From: a bacterium
GTDB lineage: Bacteria > Zixibacteria > MSB-5A5 > GN15 > FEB-12
DNA: 64,000 bases
Reading direction: 5' to 3'
Assembly (NCBI GenBank): GCA_043819515.1
Contig: JBDRES010000003.1
Location: 2,522-66,521, forward strand
Shown here: positions 46,325-56,700 of the stretch, one piece after another
Position numbering within the stretch: position 1 is the stretch's first letter
How the letters are laid out: each line of letters begins with the position of its first letter
Notes under the pieces: model-generated
Database searches by the model: none
The model's input: only the letters and a program-made list of their open reading frames with translations
What the model was told of the DNA's origin: nothing
Made by a program: the position numbers and the translations under genes

Positions 46325-47809
46325 ATGATAGTTGTGTTGGCACTGGTTTTGTCTTTGGCCGCGGCGACGGCGTCCAAGCAGCCGAGTGTGCGCCCGCCGG
46401 CGGTGGCGGGTCAGTTCTACCCGGCCGATGCGGGCGAGTTGTCGCGACTGGTGCAGACCCATCTTGATGCCGTTGATTTGCAGGCCCCGAGCCAGGGAGA
46501 TTTGCTGGCCCTTATCGTCCCGCACGCCGGATTGGTCTATTCCGGCTCGGTGGCAGCTTACGGATACGGCTTGCTTGCAGACACAGATTTCAAGCGCGTG
46601 GTACTCTGTGGCCCGTCGCATCGCTTTGGTTTCCAGGGAGCCGCTGTGGCTTTTCCCGGCCAGGTGTGGCGTACGCCCCTGGGCGATGTTATCTGCGATT
46701 CCCAGTGGTGCGCTTTGTCCTCACAACAGCCCGGGATCTCGATCTTGGCCGACGCGCACCGTCAGGAGCATTCCCTGGAAGTTCAGTTACCCTACCTGCA
46801 GACAGTCCTTGCCGATTTTTCGATTGTTCCCATTGCCCTGGGCTATCAGGATTCGCAGGGTATCGACGCTCTGTATCAGGCCTTGCTGGAACTGCCCTGG
46901 GATGATCGCACGCTCTTGGTGGCCTCGACCGACTGGCAACATTACCGGTCGGCCGCCGAAGGTTGGCCCATAGATTCGCTCGGTCTGGACTGTGTCTTGA
47001 ACCTCGACGCTGCTCGGCTGCAGCGCGAATTGCAGAATAAGGCTGTCGAAGCTTGCGGTGGCGGGGCCGTTGCTGCGATTCTAAAAACCGCCGTCGACCG
47101 CGGTGCTAATCGGGCGGTACTCCTAAAATACGGCGACTCCGGCGACAAGACCGGGGACAAAAGCAGCGTTGTTGGTTATGCCGCCCTCGCCGTTTACCGA
47201 GTCCGGGATTTAATGCAAGCCGAAGGGGGTAGCCTCATGGAGAGCGATTTGGCCGCCGAAGATTTCCTGTCGTCCCAGCACAAAGAGCAGCTACTGGAGA
47301 TCGCCCGCCGGAGCATCGAAACCTACCTTCACGGTCAGGCGCCTCCGGATTTCCAGGTCGACGACCTTCTGTCGAGACCAGGGGCGGCCTTTGTTACCTT
47401 GAAGAGGGAGGGGCGGCTGCGCGGCTGTATCGGCTATACCGAAGCCGTCGAGCCGCTTTTCAAAACGGTGTCGCAGTGTGCCGTCTCGGCCGCATTCTCC
47501 GATCACCGTTTCCCGCCCGTGGCTGCCTCGGAACTGGCGCGCATAACGATTGAAATCTCCGCTCTGACGCCATTAAAGCCGGTCGGCTCATTGGATGAGA
47601 TCGAGGTTGGTCGCGACGGCCTGATGATCATTCGCGGCCGAAATCGGGGGTTGTTGCTGCCGCAGGTGGCCGTGGAGCAAGGTTGGGACCGTGAAGCTTT
47701 TCTGGAAAACACGTGTCGCAAGGCCGGCTTGGCCCTTGATTGCTATCGACAGGAAGCGACTCGGATTTTCCGTTTCCAGGCGCTTATTTTCAGCGAGCCG
47801 GAGAAGTAG
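46325..47809 (+). CDS. AmmeMemoRadiSam system protein B (MEMO-like) fused to protein A (AMMECR1), copy 2, with Sec-type leader
   Basis: MIVVLALVLSLAAATASKQP is followed by AGQFYPADAGEL...LIVPHAGLVYSGSVAA...STDWQHY (MEMO-like). Later blocks are AAFVTLKREGRLRGCIGYT...AAFSDHRFPPV...EISALTP...LLPQVA (AMMECR1). Confidence 0.85.
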   Translation: MIVVLALVLSLAAATASKQPSVRPPAVAGQFYPADAGELSRLVQTHLDAVDLQAPSQGDLLALIVPHAGLVYSGSVAAYGYGLLADTDFKRVVLCGPSHRFGFQGAAVAFPGQVWRTPLGDVICDSQWCALSSQQPGISILADAHRQEHSLEVQLPYLQTVLADFSIVPIALGYQDSQGIDALYQALLELPWDDRTLLVASTDWQHYRSAAEGWPIDSLGLDCVLNLDAARLQRELQNKAVEACGGGAVAAILKTAVDRGANRAVLLKYGDSGDKTGDKSSVVGYAALAVYRVRDLMQAEGGSLMESDLAAEDFLSSQHKEQLLEIARRSIETYLHGQAPPDFQVDDLLSRPGAAFVTLKREGRLRGCIGYTEAVEPLFKTVSQCAVSAAFSDHRFPPVAASELARITIEISALTPLKPVGSLDEIEVGRDGLMIIRGRNRGLLLPQVAVEQGWDREAFLENTCRKAGLALDCYRQEATRIFRFQALIFSEPEK

Positions 47810-47853
47810 CACCGACCTGAGGATGCGGGGCCGGGGTAGCCTTCGGCCAACAG

Positions 47854-48378
47854 CTACTCTAAGATCTTGGCGAATTCGTGAAAAACGTCAACGGTTCTAA
47901 CCACTCCGACTACTTTGGAGTCCTTCAGCACCGGCAGCAGACTGAATTTGTTGGCGTTCATCTCATAAACCACTTTGGCAATGTGATCGTCAAAATTGGC
48001 TGTGCCGCGAATAGGAATCATGATTTCGCTGACCGGTCGCTCGGCGCGCTTGGCGATCCCCTTTTGGATGCGGTCAAAAAACACCTCCGAGAGCGCCGGG
48101 TCGGTTTCCGAGTCAAACATCTCGCGCCTTCGGGGTGAAGGGCTCTCCAGCAGGAACTCAGGTTCCAGGCCGCGCAAGATATCTCGGCGGCGAACCATTC
48201 CCAAAAGCTGATATTTCTCGTCAAAAACCAGCACTACCCGTGGCAACGACTTGCGACCGTTGATCTCGATCTCGGAGTGCTCCATCTCCGCTATCGCCTG
48301 ACGCAACGTGAACCAATGGGGTATGTGGGGATACTTGTCAAGGGGGATCATTATGTCCCCGGCCGTTACATTCCTCAT
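47854..48378 (-). CDS. CBS-domain pair protein
   Basis: I place the start at ATG 48378, preceded by GGAG. Two CBS-like repeats are present (DIMIPL...VLVFDEKYQLLGMVRRRDIL and IMIPI...SLLPVLKDSKVVGVVRTVDV). Confidence 0.75.
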   Translation of the reverse strand: MRNVTAGDIMIPLDKYPHIPHWFTLRQAIAEMEHSEIEINGRKSLPRVVLVFDEKYQLLGMVRRRDILRGLEPEFLLESPSPRRREMFDSETDPALSEVFFDRIQKGIAKRAERPVSEIMIPIRGTANFDDHIAKVVYEMNANKFSLLPVLKDSKVVGVVRTVDVFHEFAKILE

Positions 48379-48436
48379 CTGCACAACTCCTGTTCGCGGG
48401 AATATAGCCCGGAAGGCGGGCTGAGGCAATCTACAT

Positions 48437-49006
48437 TTAACCCTTGTCCTGCAGCCGTCTCAAGAATTCCCGGGCCGCCGGCACGCTGATACCGGCGTGG
48501 CGGGCGACACTGTCGGCATCCCAGTTACTGATCGTCGCGACCCGGGTGAAATAGTGCTCTTCAAACAGCTCCCTGGCCTCGGCCAGCGACTGATTGTGAA
48601 AGGTCATCTGCATCTGGTCCAGTTCCTTCTGTCGATCGCGATACAGCAGAGCCCGTTCGATGGCGACCAGCAACTCCTCGCGATGGATCGGCTTCGTGAG
48701 GTAATCGAAGGCCCCGGCCCGCAGAGCCTCGTGGGCTACGTCGGGGCTGCCGAACGCGGTAAGCACGATCACGACCTCGGTGCGGTTGTTGTCTTTGATC
48801 CACTTCAGCAGATCCATTCCCGACAATCCCGGCATGCGCAGATCGGCAATGATCAAGGAATAATGTTGGCGGGACAAAAGCTCCGGGATCTCCAGGGAGT
48901 TGTTGGTGGTGCTCACGCGATGAGGCGTTTTGTCCTGAATCACCTGCCGAAGAAGCTTCAGCATGTGAATTTCGTCGTCGACGGCCAGTATACGCTTACT
49001 CATCAC
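48437..49006 (-). CDS. Response regulator: REC domain plus short Fis-type HTH, no AAA+ domain
   Basis: ILAVDDE, phospho-acceptor region IIADLRMPGLSG, LTAFG, DYLTKP. The C-terminal ARHAGISVPAAREFLRRL resembles the NtrC/Fis HTH. Confidence 0.8.
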   Translation of the reverse strand: MMSKRILAVDDEIHMLKLLRQVIQDKTPHRVSTTNNSLEIPELLSRQHYSLIIADLRMPGLSGMDLLKWIKDNNRTEVVIVLTAFGSPDVAHEALRAGAFDYLTKPIHREELLVAIERALLYRDRQKELDQMQMTFHNQSLAEARELFEEHYFTRVATISNWDADSVARHAGISVPAAREFLRRLQDKG

Positions 49007-51620
49007 CTACCTCCTGGTGGCCGGCCTCGGCCGTGGTCTGGTTGGATGCGTGGTCGGGAACCTCGTCCGGATGCCACTTAAGGCCCAACTGTTTCATGAA
49101 ATCTTTGGCATACCACTCGGTGATGCGGTCCGAGGACAGAGCCATATCGAGCTGTTTGGTCATGATGGTCAATCTTCCCAAAAGATGCAACGTGTGCGAG
49201 ATCTGATGCCGGTCTTTGTACGACATGGTAGCGCTCAGGAAGTCGGCCCGACGTTGACACACAAAGCCCATGGTGCGCAGGATATGAGTGATCAATTTAA
49301 CTCGTCGTTTGCGACGATCCAGGGTCGCACCGCCGTAGCTGAACTGCATGCGGATGTAGTTTTTGCTGAGATCTTCGGAACTCAGTGCTTCCACCGTGGC
49401 CAGATGATAGCCGGTACGCAGACTGACAATCATGTACTCATGGCCCAAAATGGCAAAGCTGTTTTCGGAATAACCAAGGCGCGCGCCGGGGTGCGGCTCC
49501 TTGCCGGCAATAGTCCCGACCGGTTTCATCCCCTTCGGTGCCGCCGCCCGCGGCCAACCCTCCAGCACCACCCCGGACCAGAACTCCTCCATGGGGGTAG
49601 AGCCGATATCATCCGGTGAAACCCAACCGTCGTTTTGGTCCAGATGGTACTCCCGGTCGATATAGATGATATTGACCTGGAGCGGGATCTCGGTCCGCAA
49701 GCGCAACGAGATCTGATCTTTGTCCTCCAGGTCCTTGGCGCCCAAAAACATTTCTTCCGTCGCGCGCTGGTGGGCGAAACGTGTGATATCATGAAAGGTT
49801 ACGCAGTTTTCCGCGACAAAATCATCGTCATCCGGATAAAGCAACCGCAAGGGGGAGATCAAGTCCAGGATGCGGCCGAGCACGTCGTAAATCGTACCCT
49901 CGTCGGCCTGTTCGTATTGGGGCCGACGGGCATTGATGAGGGCCTCCATACGCCCTTCGTATACCACCGCCCCGGTGGCATCAACCGTCACTTCCAGCCC
50001 GGCCGGCAAGTGGGCGGCGTCAGGCACCCCTACCAGCGTCGGAATCCGATACTCGCGAGCGATAGTGGCCATGTGGGAGGCGACGCTGCCGACGCTGGTA
50101 ATGAGGGCGTTGATTTTGCCCATGGCCGTAATCAAGCCGGGAAACGGATGCGGCGCCACCAGTACCGCCCCCTCGGGGACCGAGAATAGATCTGCCGCCG
50201 CCGATACATGGTGGACCTTCCCGGCCCCGGCGCCGTGACAAACAGTGTAGCCGTGGTCGGTCAAACGGATTTGGTTGGTCATGTCCGGGGGCGGATCGCC
50301 GCTGGCCGCCTTCATAACCTGCAGGGGGCGTGTTTGCAGCAGAAGCAGCTGACCGGACTTATCAACGGCCCACTCTATGTCCTGAGGCGAGTTGTAATGC
50401 CGCTCCAGTTGATCGGCGTATCTTGCCAACCGGCACAGGTGCTCTTCGCTTAGTGACGGCTTAGCGCGCAGACTCTCCGGGACCGCCTGCTCCATAGTGC
50501 CGCCATCGGGATTCATTACCAGACAAACCGGTTTGTCCGAGATTATCTCTTGATCGACCTTGAAGTCTTGACGAGAAACCCGAAAGACGTCGGGAGTAAG
50601 GGTCCCGTCGACCAGGTACTTGCCCAGGCCGTAGATCGAACTGATCATGATGCGGTCATCGCTCGGATTGACCGGACAGCGAGTGTAGGCTACGCCGGCC
50701 GCGACGGCATCGACCATAGCCACACAGCCGACGCTCATAGCCAGAGCCGACTCGGACAGATCGTGACTGAGAAAGTAGTAAATCGCCTGCGGCGTGAATT
50801 TATTGGCCAGGACCTCACGATAGTACCTGACCAGATCGTCCGAATGAACATTCAAATAGGACCGATACTGACCGGCGAAGCTAAACAAGGTGTCCTCGCC
50901 GACGGCGCTGGAACGCATACTGAAGCGATCAGTGCCGGAATGCGCCGTCAGGTCGTGGGCGGCTTCCTTGATGGCGGCGACAATGTCATCCGGCACTCCA
51001 GAGCTACTGACCAGCTCACGGATGGCTTTGCTGACGCGGGCCAGATCTTCGTGGCTGCGGATATCGATCAGGCTGATCTCGCGGCTGATACGCTCCTGCA
51101 GGTTGTTGGCCTCGATAAACTGTTTGTAGGCCCAGGCGGTTATGGCAAACCCAGGCGGCACGGGCAGTCCCAGCTTGGATTTCATCTCTCCCAGTTGGGC
51201 GTTCTTGCTGCCGACACTATAAGAGTGCATCCGCTCCAGATGATTGAAGGGTCGGATGTACCTGTCCTTCTGGAGCGGTCGATTGCCAGGCAGGACAACG
51301 TCGATTTGGGTGTCGATCAGGTCATAGCGCTTGCGCAAACCCTCGTAGGCCGGTCCCCCAAGGGCTACCATGCGATCGATTATCTCAATCACCAATGGTC
51401 GTACTTGGGCCAGTTTGTCGCGAATGTAGTTGAGGTCAAACAGGTAATCACCCTGCGACTTCTCTTCCATGTCCCCGATGAGGTATAGGACCAGATTGTT
51501 GGCCTCGAGCAGGGCATAAAAATCTGCAAATTTCTGACGAATAATCTGCAGATCGGCCGACCGTTTTGGCGGCACTTTCTCGTTGGAGCTTAGCCGGGGC
51601 TTTTTTCTAAACCACTTCAT
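48996..51620 (-). CDS. PEP-synthase-like protein (PPDK_N ATP-grasp plus swivel phospho-His domain) with non-canonical C-terminal ~330 aa
   Basis: VGSKNAQLGEM...VPPGFAITAWAY (PpsA N-terminal pattern), SSAVGEDT..SFAGQ, and swivel-domain TSVGSVASHMATIAREYRIPTLVG. The C-terminus lacks the PEP-utilizer TIM-barrel motifs I know. Its stop overlaps the response-regulator start by 11 nt. Confidence 0.75.
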   Translation of the reverse strand: MKWFRKKPRLSSNEKVPPKRSADLQIIRQKFADFYALLEANNLVLYLIGDMEEKSQGDYLFDLNYIRDKLAQVRPLVIEIIDRMVALGGPAYEGLRKRYDLIDTQIDVVLPGNRPLQKDRYIRPFNHLERMHSYSVGSKNAQLGEMKSKLGLPVPPGFAITAWAYKQFIEANNLQERISREISLIDIRSHEDLARVSKAIRELVSSSGVPDDIVAAIKEAAHDLTAHSGTDRFSMRSSAVGEDTLFSFAGQYRSYLNVHSDDLVRYYREVLANKFTPQAIYYFLSHDLSESALAMSVGCVAMVDAVAAGVAYTRCPVNPSDDRIMISSIYGLGKYLVDGTLTPDVFRVSRQDFKVDQEIISDKPVCLVMNPDGGTMEQAVPESLRAKPSLSEEHLCRLARYADQLERHYNSPQDIEWAVDKSGQLLLLQTRPLQVMKAASGDPPPDMTNQIRLTDHGYTVCHGAGAGKVHHVSAAADLFSVPEGAVLVAPHPFPGLITAMGKINALITSVGSVASHMATIAREYRIPTLVGVPDAAHLPAGLEVTVDATGAVVYEGRMEALINARRPQYEQADEGTIYDVLGRILDLISPLRLLYPDDDDFVAENCVTFHDITRFAHQRATEEMFLGAKDLEDKDQISLRLRTEIPLQVNIIYIDREYHLDQNDGWVSPDDIGSTPMEEFWSGVVLEGWPRAAAPKGMKPVGTIAGKEPHPGARLGYSENSFAILGHEYMIVSLRTGYHLATVEALSSEDLSKNYIRMQFSYGGATLDRRKRRVKLITHILRTMGFVCQRRADFLSATMSYKDRHQISHTLHLLGRLTIMTKQLDMALSSDRITEWYAKDFMKQLGLKWHPDEVPDHASNQTTAEAGHQEVGDE

Positions 51621-51788
51621 ATTGCCAATTCAGCAGTCGCCAGGGGCCGGACCATCATAGCCAAAGCCCCGACCACATCATCAGCAAAATGCGGTCAGAG
51701 CCTGACTAAATCAACTCTATTACTTGAAAAGATGTACTACCTGGCAGATTAGCCGGTGGTCGGCTGCCTTAGGTCATCACCACGACGA

Positions 51789-52364
51789 TCAGACGGCTTC
51801 ACCCTGCAACACCAGGCGATCGTTGGTCTTGGGCAGGTCTTCATTGACGTCAACGCCGTCGCGCCTGATTATCTTGGCCGGCGTCCCGACGACAGTGCAG
51901 TTATCAGGAACGTCGCGCATAACGACAAAAGCATTGGCGCCGATCTTGACGTTGTTGCCGATGCTTATCGGTCCCAGCAGCGTCGACCCTGTCCCGACAA
52001 ACACGTCGTGGCCCAGAGTGGGGTGACGTTTGCCGTTATGTTTGCCGGTACCTCCCAGAGTGACGTTATGAAACAGCACACAATTGTCACCTATGATCGA
52101 GGTCTCGCCAATCACCACCCCGGCCCCATGATCCACAAAGAACCCTTTGCCGATGGTGGCCCCGGGGTGGATTTCCAACCCGGTGAGGAAGCGGATTATT
52201 TGTGAGAACAGCCTGGGAATGAACGGTATATGCAGATTCCACAGCAGATGCGTGAAGCGGTGAAACGTAATCGCTTGGAAACCGGGGTAGAGGATGAACT
52301 CGATATTCCTCACGGCCGGGTCGTTGCGATAGATAGCTTTGATGTCTTCAAATATGGCTAGCAT
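51789..52364 (-). CDS. cysE: Serine O-acetyltransferase
   Basis: N-terminal DPAVRN...[13 protein letters not shown] and hexapeptide-repeat core [44 protein letters not shown]. It lies immediately downstream of cysK. Confidence 0.8.
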   Translation of the reverse strand: [191 protein letters not shown]

Positions 52365-52392
52365 AATAGCTCTTATCGGTATTTTGTCCGGT

Positions 52393-53316
52393 CTATTGAG
52401 TCAGGTGTTCGGTGAGCATCGTAGATAGGTAACGCTCGCCGGTGTCGCAGACGATGGTGACCACCGTCTTGCCCGGTCCCAGACGCTTAGCTACCTGCAA
52501 CGCCGCCCAGACGATGGCTCCTGACGAAATACCGGCCAGCATGCCCTCCTTGGCGGCCAGATCACGAGCCGTCTGAACGGCATCTTTGACGGCCACCGTC
52601 AATACTTCGTCGACCACGTCAGCGTGGTAATTGTCCGGAACAAAACCGGCACCAATGCCCTGAATCGGGTGCGGGCCCGGTTTGCCGCCCGAAAGCACCG
52701 GCGAGGCTTCGGGTTCGACGGCAACAATTCGGCAGCCGTATCTGTCCTTGAGGACCCGTCCGGTGCCGCTGATAGTACCGCCGGTGCCGACTCCTGCCAC
52801 AAAAGCGTCGAGTTTGATGTCGCCTAGGTCGGCGATTATTTCAGGGCCGGTGGTAACGGTATGGATTTCCGGGTTTGCTGGATTGGAGAACTGGAGAGGC
52901 TGAAAGAACCCGTCCCGGGCCGCGATCTCTTCAGCCTTGGCGATAGCCCCTTTCATTCCGTCCGGGCCGGGTGTCAGCACAATCTCAGCGCCCAGAAGTC
53001 CCAGGATGGAACGCCTTTCAACACTCATAGTCTCGGGCATGGTCATAACACACTTGTAGCCGCGGCTGGCTGCGACCATAGCCAATCCGATACCGGTATT
53101 GCCCGAGGTCGGCTCAACGATGGTCATCCCCGGTCTCAAGTGCCCGGATTTCTCCGCAGCATCTATCATGGCCACACCGATACGGTCCTTGACCGAACCG
53201 CCGGGGTTGAAGCTTTCCATCTTGGCGTAAACGGTGGCACTGTCGCCTGCCGTCAGGCGGTTCAGTTTGATCAACGGTGTGCGCCCGATGGCGTCGCCGA
53301 TGTTGTCGAATCTCAT
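52393..53316 (-). CDS. cysK: Cysteine synthase A (O-acetylserine sulfhydrylase)
   Basis: [12 protein letters not shown]...[14 protein letters not shown] (PLP lysine)...[10 protein letters not shown]...GTGGTISG. I place the start at ATG 53316 (MRFDNIG), which has a GGAGAA box 5 nt upstream. The ORF-track start at 53355 has none. Confidence 0.85.
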   Translation of the reverse strand: MRFDNIGDAIGRTPLIKLNRLTAGDSATVYAKMESFNPGGSVKDRIGVAMIDAAEKSGHLRPGMTIVEPTSGNTGIGLAMVAASRGYKCVMTMPETMSVERRSILGLLGAEIVLTPGPDGMKGAIAKAEEIAARDGFFQPLQFSNPANPEIHTVTTGPEIIADLGDIKLDAFVAGVGTGGTISGTGRVLKDRYGCRIVAVEPEASPVLSGGKPGPHPIQGIGAGFVPDNYHADVVDEVLTVAVKDAVQTARDLAAKEGMLAGISSGAIVWAALQVAKRLGPGKTVVTIVCDTGERYLSTMLTEHLTQ

Positions 53317-53551
53317 GTGTTTCTCCAGTTGGTGCTGTCCGGCGTCAGTGTACATGGATTAATCGGTCGGAAGCGGCCCAGGTTCCACACTTTTAGACAA
53401 AATAGACCTAAATACACTAATGAGCCGGTAAGGAAAGGGTAGCAGCCCTATCCCCGGACCGGCGACCGCCGGACCGACAACAACATGCCGCCGCCCATAA
53501 TCCCGGCCGATCGCCCCCGGAGGTCATCCGTTCGGGGCGGTCGGTACTGCC

Positions 53552-53579
53552 TTGACATATTGGACTACCATGGTATATT
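53552..53579 (+). promoter_or_regulatory. Near-consensus sigma-70-like promoter about 200 nt upstream of the giant repeat protein gene
   Basis: TTGACA (53552..53557), 16-nt spacer, TATATT (53574..53579). Confidence 0.4.
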
Positions 53580-53778
53580 TCCGGTGGAGCTTGGCAAGCA
53601 GCCATCAAGGATTCGTTTTCGGCTGCTCAAACTCCCCAGTACCTACCTGTTTGTTTGAGTGACCCCGGACCTGACAAGGATAGTGAGGACCAGCTAGGCT
53701 GGGTTTTTGGCGTGACCGAAGGGCGGCAGTGTATCTGCGGCCCGGGGAGCGTCTTGGTATCTTTGTGAAAGGAAGGCA

Positions 53779-56700
53779 TTGTTTATTAAGCGGCCAATGT
53801 TCAGATTCCTGGGATTGTTGTTATGGTGTGGACTGATCGCTGGAAATGCACCGGCTCAAGAGTGCGATAGCCTGCCCGACCACTTTCTCTTTTCCTCAAG
53901 CTCCGGATTGAGTCACCTATTTGGTCTGGACTCGACCAGCGGGTGCAATCTGGATACTTGTGATGAATTGGCCATATACGACGGCGGACTTTGTGTGGGG
54001 GCGACGGTCTTTCTGGGGTCGTGGCCGGTTACTATCGAGGCTTATGCCGACGACGATCTGACTCCCGATGTAGACGGCTTCCAGCCCGGTAATATGGCTT
54101 CGCTGAGAATCTGGGATGCCTCGGAGGCCACTGAAATCGATCTGGTAGCCGCCCACTACTCGGCCGGAGGCGGCGCCTTTGCAACCGGAGCAGTCAGTCA
54201 ATTGTGGTGTGAATGCTGTGACAGTATGGCTACTCCTCCGGCTCCGATTCTGCCTGGCGAGCCGTTATGTCCGGGCACAGCGTTCGCGGTTCATTGGCCG
54301 TGGCAAGCAGCCGCAACCGGATACCAGTTGTTCCTGGATGGTGGTCTGATCTATGACGGGGCCGACTCCACGGTTGATATTATCGCCGGCCCCGGCCATC
54401 ACGATCTGCACTTGCTGGCTCTCAACCCCTGCCGGACAACTGATCCCGGTCCGGCCGCAACGGTCATCGTGAGGGACTCCATTGACGCTCCGGCTTCCCC
54501 CAGTGTAGTTCCGGACACCGTCTGCACCGGGGATCTTTATTGCGTTACCTGGTCGTCGGTGACCGGAGCGGTGCGTTATGAATTTCAGGAAGCTGGCGGC
54601 CTCTGGGTCGACGTGGGCAACGCTACGCAGAGGTGCCTGGCCAAGAGTGCGCCCGGCAGTTACGTGTACCAGGTTCGGGCCTGCGATGATTGCGGCTGTG
54701 GCCAGCCCAGTGTTGATGTGTCGGTGGCGGTGATTGAGGCTCCGGGCCGGGTCTCACTGCCTCAAGCCAGCCCCAACCCGGTTTGTCTCGGCGAGCAGTA
54801 CTGCCTGAGTTGGAGTGGCGTGGCCGGTGCTACGCACTATGAGGTGCGCGAGGATTCCGGCTTCTGGACCAATGTCGGCAGCTCCACGCAGATCTGTCTC
54901 ACTAAGAACAGCGTCGACAGCCACTATTACGAAGTGCGCGCTTGCAATGAATGCGGATGCGGGCAACCGAGCGCCACGGAAGTGGTAACCGTACAGGTTG
55001 CACCGGCGACCCCGACCGTCCCCAACACCGGGGCCAATCCGGTTTGCACCGGTCAGAAGTATTGCCTGAGTTGGACTGCAGTACCTACCGCTACCCATTA
55101 TGAACTCAGCGAAAACGGCGCCGCCTGGGTGAGTCTCGGGGATACTACCTCGATCTGCTTCACCCGCGAGGTGGCCGGATATTATAGCTATCGCATTCGC
55201 GCCGGTAATTCTTGTGGCTATAGCGGTGCCAGTCCGGCCAGAACCGTGACGGTGCTGGCCACGCCGCCCTCACCAGGAGCGCCGATCATCAACGTTGATC
55301 CGGCCTGTATCGGCCAGGAGTTCTGTTTAAGCTGGTCCCCGATTGGTACCGCCACTTATTACGAGATAAGCGAAGACGGTGCCGCCTACGACTCGGTCGG
55401 CAATATCACTAGCCTGTGCCTGACCCGCGACAGCGCCGCCATCTATTCCTTCCGCGTGCGCGCCTGCAATAGTTGCGGCTGCGGTGAACCCAGTCTTCCT
55501 CGCAACGTTGACGTCCGGCCCATGATTGAGCCCCCGGCGACGATCGAATCGTCCGTGGAAAGACCATGCGCCGGCGGGGCGTTTTGTATCAGTTGGTCGA
55601 CCGTGCCCGGAGCCACTTCGTACCAGCTCAGGAGCGATAGCGGCAATTGGATCAGCATGGCCTCGGGCACTCAGAGCTGCTACGCCTACGGCTCAGCCGG
55701 CACGCATGTTTTCGAGGTACGGGCCTGCGATGCCTGTGGTTGCGGTGAAGCCGGCCGGCCGGTGGTGGTCCCGGTCATCCAGGCGCCGCTGCCGCCCGAT
55801 AGCCTGGCCGTCTCCAACGACCGCATTTGCCTGGGGCAGAGCATTTGTTTGTCCTGGCCATCAGCTGAAGGTGCCGAGCGTTACGAGATTCGCCAAGATG
55901 CCGGCATCTGGACTGACTTGGGCGACATCAACGAAGTGTGCTATACGCCGACCGCTCCAGGCGGCTATAGTTACGAAATCCGGGGTTGCAATGAGTGTGG
56001 CTGCGGCCAACCGGACACTATGGTGACCATTCTGGTCGAACCCGCGCCCGCCACCCCGGCCTCATTCAGTGCCTCACCCAATCCGGCCTGTATCAACCAG
56101 GAGTACTGTGTCTCGTGGGATCCTGTCACCGGGGCCGACTACTATGAGTTAAGTGTCGACGGAGGCGACTGGACAACTATCGGTCTGGTCAACCAGGTTT
56201 GCTACACCCAGGGCGAAATCAGCCGGCATCATTATCAAGTGCGTGCCTGCGATGAATGTGGTTGCAGCCAACCGACAGGCGAGATGATCGTGGCTGTGGA
56301 TTTGTTAATGGGCTCGCCAGGAGAGATCCAACTCTCCAGCACTGTCATCTGTCCGGAGGGTGAAGTGTGCCTGAGTTGGGATGCCGTCAGCCTCACCAAC
56401 CACTACGAGGTCCGGGTCGACAGTAGCGGATGGATAACCTGCGGCGACAGTACCAACATCTGCCGGGATCTTTCCGAACAGAGAGACTATGTGTTTGAAG
56501 TTCGCGCTTGTGGCGACTGTGGCTGCTCCGATCCGAGTCCACCGGCAGTGGTTTCGGTTCAGACTGCTCCCGGAACCCCGGCCCAACTCACTCTCAGCGT
56601 CGACACGGCCTGTCTTGGCAGCGATTATTGCCTGAGTTGGCCGACAACCCCCGGCGCCACACGATATGAATACCGCCTTGCTGGCGGCAACTGGGCCGCC

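Noticed and set aside
49017-51488. Plus-strand ORFs 49017..49619, 49635..50189 and 50550..51488
   Set aside because: They are antisense to the PpsA-like gene, which has ATP-grasp and swivel-His motifs.
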